Origin: Competibacteraceae bacterium UBA3908
Lineage (GTDB): Bacteria > Pseudomonadota > Gammaproteobacteria > Competibacterales > Competibacteraceae
Assembly (NCBI GenBank): GCA_002391525.1
Contig: DGFE01000100.1
Location: 8,604 to 72,603 of the forward strand
DNA length: 64,000 nt
Direction: 5' to 3'
Position numbers and translations under genes: made by a program. Below the pieces are notes generated by a model. That model did not search any database, was not told the origin of the DNA, and saw only the letters and a program-made list of their open reading frames with translations. Below are positions 47,893 through 57,000 of the stretch, one piece after another; position 1 is the stretch's first letter; each line of letters starts with the position of its first letter.

Positions 47893-50097
47893 TCAGTCTG
47901 AATAAAACGACCATTGTTCCGAAGCCATTCGTATCAGAATCTCCGCCGGCTGGAAACGTTCGCCCAACCGCTGGCGATACCGTTCCAGCTTCGCCACCAA
48001 TTCCGCGATTCCGAGACTGTCGGCGTAGCGGAACGGGCCGCCCAGGAACGGCGGAAAGCCGATGCCGAACACCGCGCCGATGTCGCCGTCGCGGGGGCTG
48101 CGAATCACGCCTTCGTCCCGGCAGCGCGCGGCCTCGTTGAGCATCGGCAACACGCAGCGTTCGACGATTTCCTGCGCATCCATGGCCTTGTCGCCCGTCA
48201 CGCCCAGCACCGGATAGACGCTCTTGTCCACCGGCTTTTCGCCCTTTTTGACGCCCTCGTAGCGATAGAAGCCCTTCTTGCTCTTGCGGCCGTAGCGGCC
48301 ATCGGCCAGCAGCTTGTCGGCGACGCCCACCGGTTGCATCCGTTCGCCGAACGCCGCGTACAGGATCGGCCCGACCTTGGACCCCACGTCGATGCCGACC
48401 TCATCCAGCAGAGTGAATGGCCCGACCGGGAAGCCGAATCGCACCAGCGCCTGGTCGATGGCGTCAATCGCCACGCCTTCGCCGAGCAGATAGCCGGCCT
48501 CGTTGATATAGGGCGCCAGGATGCGGTTGACGTAGAAGCCGGCGCCGTCTTGGACCACGATCACGGTCTTGCCCTGTTGACGACCGAATTCGACCGCCGT
48601 GGCGATGACCTCCGGCGCGGTCCGCGGGGTGGCGATGATTTCCAGCAACGGCATTTTCTCGACCGGCGAGAAGTAATGCATCCCGACCACGTTTTCGGGT
48701 CGTCGAGCGGCTTCGGCGATGGTGGCGACGGGAATCGAGGAGGTGTTGGTGGCGAAAATCGTCGCGGGCGGACAGTGCGCTTCCACATCCGCAACCATTT
48801 GCCGTTTCAGCGCCCGATCCTCGAAGACCGCCTCGATCACCAGAGCCACGTTCTGGAAGCCGGAGAAATCCAGGGTCGGCGTGACCCGGCGCCGCTCCTG
48901 ACCGGCCTCGAACGCGCTGATGGAACGCCGTTGCAGGCGCTTGTGGATTAGCCGGTCGATGCAGGCCAGGCCGCGGTTGAGACCGGCGGGGTCCTTGTCC
49001 TTGAGCCGGACCGGGATTCGCGCCTTGCTGGTGGTGATATAGCTGATGCCGGCGCCCATCAATCCTGCGCCGAGCACCCCGATCTTGCGGATCGGGCGGG
49101 GTCGCACGCCTGGATCGGCAACGCCGGTGTCTTTCTTCAGCGCCGTGGTGGCGAAATACAGGTTCATCAATTGCCGCGCCTGCGGGGTCATCGCCAGTTC
49201 GCCGAACGCGACCGCTTCCGCCTCCAACCCTTTCTGGAAGCCGTGGCTGGCGCCGGTTTCCACGCAGTCGATGATGCGCAACGGCGCGGGGTAATGGCCC
49301 CTGGTCTTGTTCAGCACTTGCTCGCGGGCTTTTTGAAACAGTACCCGTCGGCCCAGCGGGTTGTCTTCCAGCACCAGCCTGGTCAGGCCCTTGATCGAGA
49401 ACAGGCTGCCCGAACGCGGGGTGACGGCGCGGTGGTGCTGAAGTTTCTTCGCCAGGGCGACGGCGGTTGGCAGCAGGATGGTAGCCGGCGCCACGTCGTC
49501 CACCAGCCCCAGCCGGCGAGCCTTTTGCGCGTTCAGATGCTTGCCGGTCAGCATCAAATCCAAGGCGGCGGGAATGCCGATCAGCCGCGGCAGGCGTTGG
49601 GTGCCGCCGCTGCCGGGCAGTACGCCCAGCATCACCTCCGGCAAGCCGAGCGTGGTCCTGGAATTGTCGGTGCAGACCCGCCCGTGGCAGGCCAGCGCCA
49701 GTTCCAGCCCGCCGCCCAGACAGGCGCCGTCAATCGCCGCGACCACCGGGATCCTGAAATTCTCCAGCCGGTCGAAGAAACGCTGGCCGGCCTTGGAGAG
49801 TTCCGTCGCCTCGGCGGCGGTGCGGCAGGCTTTCAGCATATTGATGTCCGCGCCGGCGATGAACGAGCCGGGCTTGCCGCTGATGAACACCACGCCTTGA
49901 ACAGTCGCGTCCTGCTCCAGCCGGTCCAGCAAGGTATTCGCTTCGCCGACGAATTCGGCCTTGAAGATATTCTGGCTCTCGCCGGGCAGGTCGATGGTGA
50001 CCACGGCGACGCCGTCCTCGCGCAACGCCAGTTGGAAGACGGTCGGATTCGGTTCGGTCGTCATGGGAGGGGTTCCTCCGGCTGTTTGCGTCGCCAT
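47893..50097 (-). CDS. fadJ: fatty-acid oxidation complex alpha subunit (enoyl-CoA hydratase/3-hydroxyacyl-CoA dehydrogenase), FadJ-like
   Basis: Crotonase N-terminal domain (FISGKPGSFIAGADI), NAD-binding GVLGAGLMGAGI and a 3HCDH C-terminal domain. The ATG overlaps the fadI stop. Confidence 0.92.
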   Translation of the reverse strand: MATQTAGGTPPMTTEPNPTVFQLALREDGVAVVTIDLPGESQNIFKAEFVGEANTLLDRLEQDATVQGVVFISGKPGSFIAGADINMLKACRTAAEATELSKAGQRFFDRLENFRIPVVAAIDGACLGGGLELALACHGRVCTDNSRTTLGLPEVMLGVLPGSGGTQRLPRLIGIPAALDLMLTGKHLNAQKARRLGLVDDVAPATILLPTAVALAKKLQHHRAVTPRSGSLFSIKGLTRLVLEDNPLGRRVLFQKAREQVLNKTRGHYPAPLRIIDCVETGASHGFQKGLEAEAVAFGELAMTPQARQLMNLYFATTALKKDTGVADPGVRPRPIRKIGVLGAGLMGAGISYITTSKARIPVRLKDKDPAGLNRGLACIDRLIHKRLQRRSISAFEAGQERRRVTPTLDFSGFQNVALVIEAVFEDRALKRQMVADVEAHCPPATIFATNTSSIPVATIAEAARRPENVVGMHYFSPVEKMPLLEIIATPRTAPEVIATAVEFGRQQGKTVIVVQDGAGFYVNRILAPYINEAGYLLGEGVAIDAIDQALVRFGFPVGPFTLLDEVGIDVGSKVGPILYAAFGERMQPVGVADKLLADGRYGRKSKKGFYRYEGVKKGEKPVDKSVYPVLGVTGDKAMDAQEIVERCVLPMLNEAARCRDEGVIRSPRDGDIGAVFGIGFPPFLGGPFRYADSLGIAELVAKLERYRQRLGERFQPAEILIRMASEQWSFYSD

Positions 50098-51404
50098 CAC
50101 GCCACCTCCAGCACCAGAGCCGCGCCCAGGCCACCGGCGGCGCAGGCCGTCGCCAGTCCCAGACCGCCGCCGCGCCGGCGCAGCTCGTTGACCACCTGCA
50201 TGATCATCCGCCCGCCGGTGGCCGCGAATGGGTGGCCGTAGGCCAGTGAGCCGCCCCGCACGTTGACCTGGTCCAGGTTCACCTCGCCGATGGGTTGATC
50301 GCGACCGAGTCGTTCTTGCGCGAATTTCCGCGAGGGCCAGTTTTTGAAATTCGCCAGGGTTTGCGCCGCGAACGCCTCGTGAATGTCGATCAGCGTCAGC
50401 TCGCTCAGCTTGATCCCCGCCCGGTCGAGGGCGACGGGCGTGGCGTAGGATGGCCCCATCAGCCCGTCGTTGAAGGGATCGAGGGCAGCGAAGGCATAGG
50501 AGCGGATAAAACCCAGCGGCTCGAAACCGAGCTGCCGGGCGCGCTGCTCCTTCATCAGGATCAGGGAGGAAGCGCCGTCGGTCAGTGGGGTGGAATTGGC
50601 GGCGGTCACCGTGCCGTGCTTGCGGTCGAACGCTGGCCGTAGCTTGGCCAGTTGCTCCAGGGTGGAATCGCCGCGGATGTTGTTGTCGCGCTCGACGCAG
50701 TCCTTGAACGGCGGAACGAAGGCACGCATCACCTCGCCGTCCAGCTTGCCTTCGTCCCAGGCGCGCTGGGCGAGTCGATGGGAACGCAGGGTGAAGCGGT
50801 CCTGCTCCTCGCGGCCGATACCGTGGTTCTTGGCCATCTGCTCGGCGATGTCGCCCATCCCCAGGTTGGTGGAATAGTCCTTGATCGCGGGCGAGACCGG
50901 GATCAGGTCCGCCGGGCGGATTCCCTTGAACAGCGCCAGCTTGTCGCCCAGGCTCCTGGCCTTGCTGGAATGGATCAAGGCCCGCGACAGCTTTTTCGAG
51001 GTCTGGATCGGCAGCACCGAAGTGGAGTCGCAGCCGCCGGCCAGACCGATTTCGATTTCGCCCAGCAGGATGGCTTGGGCGATGTCGATGGTCGTCTGGA
51101 AACTGGTGGCGCAGGCGCGGGTGACGGTGTAGGCGTCGGTGCGCGGGTTCATGCCCGCGCCCAACAGGACCTCACGGGCCACGTTGGGCGCTTCGGGGAT
51201 CAGCCCGACGCAGCCGTAGACCACGCGCTCGATCAGATCCGGGTCCAAATTGAGCCGGTTGAGCAGTTCGTTGGTGACGAGCACCCCAAGATCGACAGCG
51301 TTCAGGTCCTTGTACGCCGTCAGCTGCCGGGCGAACGGTGTGCGCAGTCCGGCGACGATGGCGACGCGCTGGCCGGACTTGTTCATGGGATTGACGGTGG
51401 CCAC
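50097..51404 (-). CDS. fadI: acetyl-CoA C-acyltransferase (3-ketoacyl-CoA thiolase), FadI-like
   Basis: [15 protein letters not shown], the active-site Cys context [10 protein letters not shown] and the C-terminal segment [17 protein letters not shown]. Confidence 0.92.
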   Translation of the reverse strand: MATVNPMNKSGQRVAIVAGLRTPFARQLTAYKDLNAVDLGVLVTNELLNRLNLDPDLIERVVYGCVGLIPEAPNVAREVLLGAGMNPRTDAYTVTRACATSFQTTIDIAQAILLGEIEIGLAGGCDSTSVLPIQTSKKLSRALIHSSKARSLGDKLALFKGIRPADLIPVSPAIKDYSTNLGMGDIAEQMAKNHGIGREEQDRFTLRSHRLAQRAWDEGKLDGEVMRAFVPPFKDCVERDNNIRGDSTLEQLAKLRPAFDRKHGTVTAANSTPLTDGASSLILMKEQRARQLGFEPLGFIRSYAFAALDPFNDGLMGPSYATPVALDRAGIKLSELTLIDIHEAFAAQTLANFKNWPSRKFAQERLGRDQPIGEVNLDQVNVRGGSLAYGHPFAATGGRMIMQVVNELRRRGGGLGLATACAAGGLGAALVLEVA

Positions 51405-51602
51405 GGGGGTTCTCCTGTTCGGATCGGGGCGCGCGGGAACGGTTTCGGAAAATTCCCGTGCTTTGGGCTACAGTTCAGCAGAGAGTCGAATGACTTGCTT
51501 GTACGATATGGCGATACGGTTTTACGTTGCCCGCCTGTGACTGGAACGCAAGCGACAGCGGGCGGCATCGGTGAATGCAATCGTTTGGGTAGAGGAACCG
51601 AC

Positions 51603-52490
51603 ATGGCGGAAACGGTGGGTTTGATCGGCTTGGGCAGCATGGGGCTGTCGATGGCACACAATCTGCTTAATAAAGGCTTCGCGCTGCGGGTTTACAACCG
51701 CACTCCCGACAAGGCGTCGGAATTGATCGCGCGGGGTGCGCAGGAAGCGGCGACGCCGGCGGCGGCCGCCGCGCCGGGCGGGATCGTGATCAGCATGGTC
51801 GCGAACGATGCCGCCCTGGAAACGGTGACCCTGGGCGATCAGGGCGTGGCGACCGCGCTGGGTTCAGGGGGTATTCATGTCTCGATGAGCACAGTTTCAC
51901 CGCAACTGGCGCGCCGGTTGGCGGACGCGCACCGGGAGCACGGTTCGCACTACCTCGCCGCGCCGGTGCTGGGCCGACCCGCGGCGGCGGCGGCTGGCAA
52001 ACTGTTCATCCTGTTGTCCGGTCCGGCGGCGGCGAAACAGCGGGCGATGCCGTTGCTGATGGCTCTGGGACAGGCCACACGCGATCTCGGCGACGATCCG
52101 ACCCAGGGTCACGTCGCCAAGCTGGCGGCCAATTTCATGATCCTGTCCCTGGTCGAGGTCTATGCCGAAGTGTTGACGTTTGCCCAGAAGAACGGGATCG
52201 GTCGCCAGGACATGATGCAAGTGCTGACGGGCACGATCCTCGATGCGCCGCTCTTTCGTCTTTATGGCGAATTGCTGGCCCGGGAGGATTACACCACGCC
52301 TGGATTCCGATTGGCGCTGGGTCTGAAGGATGTCGAATTGATTCTGGCGACTGGCGCGATTGCGCGAACGCCGATTCCCGCCGCTGATTTGGTGCATAAC
52401 CGCCTGCTGGCGGCGGTGGCCAGGGACCGCGGCGAATTGGACGTGACCGCTCTGGCATTGGGTGTTTCGGAAGATGCCGGGTTGCGATGA
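51603..52490 (+). CDS. NAD(P)-dependent 3-hydroxyisobutyrate/6-phosphogluconate dehydrogenase-family oxidoreductase
   Basis: VGLIGLGSMGLSMAHNLL Rossmann motif, with GHVAKLAANFMI and LALGLKDV. Confidence 0.85.
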   Translation: MAETVGLIGLGSMGLSMAHNLLNKGFALRVYNRTPDKASELIARGAQEAATPAAAAAPGGIVISMVANDAALETVTLGDQGVATALGSGGIHVSMSTVSPQLARRLADAHREHGSHYLAAPVLGRPAAAAAGKLFILLSGPAAAKQRAMPLLMALGQATRDLGDDPTQGHVAKLAANFMILSLVEVYAEVLTFAQKNGIGRQDMMQVLTGTILDAPLFRLYGELLAREDYTTPGFRLALGLKDVELILATGAIARTPIPAADLVHNRLLAAVARDRGELDVTALALGVSEDAGLR

Positions 52491-52505
52491 CCCTGGAAGC
52501 GTTGA

Positions 52506-53141
52506 ATGTTTTTTGAATGGATCAAACCAATGAGACTAAAAAGCATGGTGGTTGCGGTTCTATGGATTTCTACGCCGGCAGTCCTGCACGCTGGACAGAA
52601 CGATGCGGCGGCCATGGATGCCGTGATGGGGGTTATGCGGATGATGCAGCAGTCCGGGGGAGGCGGTCCGGGAGACGATGAGGTGATGGATGTCTTCGAT
52701 AGAGCAGTACAGGGTTCCCGCGACCGTGATCGCGACCGGTCGGGGCGGAGTGGCAACCGGCGCGGCGAGCAGCGGCGTGGTGCGAATTTCGACGATGACG
52801 ACGGTGGTGGCCAGCGGCGCCGCACGGGGTTTGACGACGACGGCGGTGGTCGGCGGCGGGGATCGGGCTTCGATGACGACGGTGGTGGTCGGCGGCGCGG
52901 ATCGGGCTTCGACGACAACGGTGGTAGCCGGCGCCGCACCGGGTTCGATGACGACGGCGCGGGTCGGCGGCGCGGATCGGGCTTCGACGACGACGGTGGT
53001 GGTCGGCGGCGCGGATCGGGCTTCGACGACGACGGTGGTAGCCGGCGCCGCGGATCGGGTTTCGATGGCGACGGTGGTCGGCGGCGGGGATCGGCATCCG
53101 ACGATGATGGTGGTCGACGCCGCCGCCAGAATCAGGATTAG
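52506..53141 (+). CDS. secreted low-complexity protein with about 9 tandem G-F-D-D-D-G-G-G-R-R-R-G-S repeats
   Basis: Signal-peptide-like N-terminus (MRLKSMVVAVLWISTPAVLHAG). The repeat units are in-frame. The gene is followed by a strong intrinsic terminator. The start is ATG 52506 or 52530. Confidence 0.6.
   Translation: MFFEWIKPMRLKSMVVAVLWISTPAVLHAGQNDAAAMDAVMGVMRMMQQSGGGGPGDDEVMDVFDRAVQGSRDRDRDRSGRSGNRRGEQRRGANFDDDDGGGQRRRTGFDDDGGGRRRGSGFDDDGGGRRRGSGFDDNGGSRRRTGFDDDGAGRRRGSGFDDDGGGRRRGSGFDDDGGSRRRGSGFDGDGGRRRGSASDDDGGRRRRQNQD
52785..53138 (+). repeat. tandem 39-bp (36-42 bp) repeats, about 9 units
   Basis: The unit is GGCTTCGA(T/C)GACGACGGTGGTGGTCGGCGGCGCGGATCG. Unit boundaries fall at 52827, 52866, 52905, 52941, 52980, 53019, 53058 and 53094. 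Confidence 0.9.
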
Positions 53142-53207
53142 AGGCAACAGAGCTTCCGTGCGGCGAACGGTCGCGCGTCAAGTCATGAGCGAAAGCCCTG
53201 TGCAAGC

Positions 53208-53232
53208 AAATCCGCCACCCGGCGGATTTTTT
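53208..53232 (+). terminator. Rho-independent terminator
   Basis: AAATCCGCC-ACCC-GGCGGATTT stem-loop followed by a TTT tract. Confidence 0.8.
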
Positions 53233-53252
53233 GTGGAAGGTTAATTGAACAC

Positions 53253-53281
53253 TGTTCAAGAAAATTTTTCCTGACTATACT
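53253..53281 (+). promoter_or_regulatory. candidate sigma70 promoter for pspA
   Basis: TGTTCA-N17-TATACT, about 40 nt upstream of ATG 53323. No sigma54 element was seen here. Confidence 0.3.
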
Positions 53282-53322
53282 CAACCCGTCCTTTACTTAA
53301 CCGTGACTATTCGGAGGCGACC

Positions 53323-53997
53323 ATGGCCAGTTTGTTCAAACGCATCAGCGACGTCATCACCGCCAATCTCAACGATCTGGTGGATCGGGTCGAGGACCCG
53401 GAGCGGATGATCAAGCAACTCATCCGGGAGATGGAGGAGAACGTCAACAGCGCCCGCGAGGGGGTGATCGACGCGGTGGCCAGCGAGAAGCAGTTGGCCA
53501 GGGAATTGGACAGCCAGCGCCGGCAGGCCGGAGAATGGCACGAGCGCGCTCGCCGCGCCCTGGAGGCCGGCAATGAAGCGCTGGCGCGCGAGGCGCTGAT
53601 GCGCAAAAAGGAACACGACGGCATCGTCGCCAATCTGGAAACATCCTGGGAATCGGCCCGGCGCACCAGCGAACGACTCAAGGCCCAGTTGCGGGCACTG
53701 GAGATGAAACTGGAAGAGGCGCGGCTGAAGAAGGGTAGTTTGGTAGCGCGACAACGCGCCGCGCAGGCGCGCGAACAGATGGATCAGGTCAGCGACCGGT
53801 TTAAGACGGGTCTCGATCTCGACAATTCCTTTGGCCGCATGACGGATAAGGTGGGAGAGATGGAAGCGCGAATGGAAGCGCGCGAGGAACTGTATGGGGA
53901 GTACAGCCAGATCGAGCGGGAATTCCTGAAGATGGAGGTGAACAGCGAGGTCGAGGCGGAATTGGCAGCTCTCAAGCGGGAAGCGCGTAAGGAATAG
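53323..53997 (+). CDS. pspA: PspA/IM30-family protein (phage shock protein A)
   Basis: FKRISDVITANLNDLVDRVEDPERMIKQLIREMEE... is the canonical PspA N-terminus, and the protein is coiled-coil throughout. A GGAGG RBS is present. Confidence 0.92.
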   Translation: MASLFKRISDVITANLNDLVDRVEDPERMIKQLIREMEENVNSAREGVIDAVASEKQLARELDSQRRQAGEWHERARRALEAGNEALAREALMRKKEHDGIVANLETSWESARRTSERLKAQLRALEMKLEEARLKKGSLVARQRAAQAREQMDQVSDRFKTGLDLDNSFGRMTDKVGEMEARMEAREELYGEYSQIEREFLKMEVNSEVEAELAALKREARKE

Positions 53998-54055
53998 GAT
54001 TCAAAGCAAAAGGCCAAAGGCGTTTCCCGTTTTTGCCTTGGCTGGAGAGTGGATC

Positions 54056-57000
54056 ATGGACTGGACATTTTTGATACTGGTGGCGGTACTGTGGCTGATT
54101 TCGCCGATCATCCTCCTGGTCGCGCTCATCATCGCGCGCCGGCAGGTCAGGGTATTGCGCGAGCAGCAGCTTGATCAAGGCGCGGTCAAGCCGTCGCCGG
54201 TATCCGATCCAGCCCCATCCGCAGCCGGAATAGGCGGCGGCAATCGTCGTTACGCGCTGGTCGATCTGGAAAATCTGCTGCTGTTGCGTTTGGAACTGCA
54301 AAGACTGGCGGGTTCCGGCGCCTTGCCGGATGAACGATATCGGCAACTGGCCGCTGATCTGGACCGGCTGTGGGAAAGTCATCTGCGCGAAGGGGGCGCG
54401 CTGCCGGAAAGCGACATCTGGCAACGCCGGCGCGCCCTGGCTTGGCGCCTGTTGACGCAAGCGACGGATACGCCACCGGGGCTGCCGCCCTGGACGCCCA
54501 CCGCAGCGACGCCAACCGTTCCACCAGCGCCCGCGCCACCGGCGAAGCCATCGATTGTCCCGCCGCCGCTGGAGTTGACGCCGCTGGAACCACCGCCACC
54601 CGTTCCGCCGAAACCCGAACGTCCACTATCGCCGCCGCCGATTCCCACCATCCGCCGCACGGCCAGCGAACAGCCGGCGTTGTGCCCGGCGCCCGAAACC
54701 ATCCCGGCGGTGGACTGGCGGCCCGCGCCGCCGAATCCCCTGGAGAAAGCCCTGCAAGTCCTGTCCGGCTGGCCGAAACTGATCGCGCCGTTTCTGGCGC
54801 AGAACATCGGCTGGTTCATCGGCGGTTTCTGCTTCGTGGCCGGCGCGCTGTTCCTGATCGCCAATACTTCCGGTTTCATCAACGCCCTGGTCGTGTTCGC
54901 CAGTTTGTTCGGCGCCAGCGCGTTTCTGCTCTGGGCCGGTTATCAATTCCGTCGCCGGCGATCCGAACTGGTGGTCGCCAGCAGCATGTTGCTGACGCTT
55001 GGCATGTTGCTGGCGCCGCTGGTGCTGGCGGTCGCCGTGCGACTGGTGGCCGCCAGTAGCGGCGATGGTTTGTTGCTGATCGTCAGTCTGCTGATCACGG
55101 CGGGTACGCTGGTGGCCTTTGCCTGGGCGGCGGCCTTGGTCAGCGCGCTCATGGATCGGGTGCTGCAAAGTCGTTATGCGTGGCTGCTGACGGCGCTGGC
55201 GGCGGTGCAACTGGCCGCGCCGCTGTCCCTGCTTGCGCCAGACTGGCGGGGTTTGGCGGTGTTGCACACCCTGTTGCTGGGGTTGCTGGGCCATGGGCTG
55301 TGGACCTTCTCGGGCGAGTGGCTGCGACGGCTGTTCGTGGACCGGCGGCTGACGACCTATTACGCCGCCGGGATGCTGGTTTATACGGCGGCGGTGTCGT
55401 TCGCGCATCTGACCTGGCTGTGGCCGGAATCCCTGCCAGCCGGTTACGCAGGGCCGTTCCTGATGGCGCTGTGCGGGCTGCTGTTCCCGGTGGACGCCGC
55501 GTTCAGGGAGTGGGTCGGCAAGTACGCTTTCCTGTCCCGGTTCAGCTTCGCGCTTTATGGCTTGTCGGCGGTGGCGGTAGCGGTGGCGATCCGGTCCACG
55601 CCGGCGGTATTGCTGACGCTGACCATGGGCGCGCTGCTGTACGGCTGGATGACGTGGCGCTACCGGACCTTGCCGCCGTTGTATCTGCTGTTCGGCTGCG
55701 TCGCCGGGTTGTATGGATTCAGCCTGTCGCACTTCCTGTCGCCGGCCTGGCATGGACTCGCCGGGTTGCCCGGATTGCTGGCGCTGCTGGGATGTGGTCG
55801 CTGGGCCGGTTCGCGCTCGCGGGCCATCGCCCGGCAATGCCTGCTCGTGTTCGGCGTACTGCTGGTCGGCCTGATCGCCTGGGGCCTGGTTTGGATCACG
55901 CCGGGTTGGCTCGGCTTCGCCACCGCCGCGCTGGCGGCCTTGCTGGGATACGCGGGGGTACGGCTGGCGCTGGCGTTGCCGGAGGCGAATCCGCGTTGGG
56001 CCTATGCCGATGGCGGCGTGGTGGCGCTGGCCACGGTGGCGGTCGCGTATGCGCCGGACTGGATGCTGCCGGGTTGGGCCATGCAAACCGCTTTTGGTCT
56101 GCTGGCGCTGGCGGCGTTGTGGACCGGACTGGGCCTGCACGACCGGCGGCAAACTCCGGTCAGCCGTTTGGTGTTCGTGACCGGCGCGCTGGCGAATGTA
56201 GTTTTGGCGCTGGCGCTCGGCACGATGACGTTGTGGCCGGCGCTGCTCGGGCGGCTGAAACCGATCCTGCTGCTAGCGCTGACGGCTGCGTTGTCGTTGT
56301 GGCTTGGTCTGGGTTTGCGCTGGCGGGCGTTGTTTTACGGCGTGCTGGCGTGCGCCGCCGCTCTCGGCGTGCTGATCAAGCGCGGCTATTTCCCCGGCCC
56401 GAGTACCGGCTTGGGCGAATTCGCGCTGGTGCTGGCGCTCTGGTCGTTCCTGTGGTGGCTGGGATGGCGGTCTCGCATTCGCCAGGCGTGGTTGGCCGAT
56501 GCGCGGAACGATACGCCAGAGCTGCCGAGTCTCGAGTCCCTGATCCGCCCGCCGCTGGAGCAGGCCATGGCCTTGCTGTGGGCGGTCGGACTGGTGCATT
56601 TGATCCTGCGATTGCTGGACGGCGCGGCGTCGGCGAAATGGTCGGCGACGGCGGGGCTGGGGGTTTTGACAGGATTGTTGCTGATCGGCTATTTCCATCG
56701 GTTCCGCTGGGTGGCGTTGCCGCTGCTGTTGGGGTTGGCGGGTTTGCTGGTCGCATTGGCGAGAGCCGGATTGAATCTACCGTGGCTCGGCGCGGTCGCC
56801 GTGCTGTATGCGTTGCTGGTCTGGCGGTTGGCAATCGCGTTGCTCGCCGAGCCGACGGTTTGGCGGCTGGCGCGGCTGTTGGGTTTCACCGCGCCCGGCG
56901 GCGCGGGTGGCCGCCAGCAGGTGGAGGAGAGCCTGCATCTCTGCGCGCTGTTGATTGCGGTCGTCCCGGTGGCGGCCAGTCCGGCGCTGGCTCTATTGGG

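Noticed and set aside
52785-53138. Regular 39-bp repeats considered as a CRISPR array
   Set aside because: The units are contiguous with no spacers. They are all in frame with a signal-peptide ORF and encode a repeating peptide, so this is a coding tandem repeat and not a CRISPR array.
53998-54055. Hairpin GCCAAAGGC...GCCTTGGC between pspA and the large membrane gene as a terminator
   Set aside because: The stem is imperfect with a 12-nt loop, there is no following T tract, and the RBS of the next gene is immediately adjacent. At most it is a weak attenuator.
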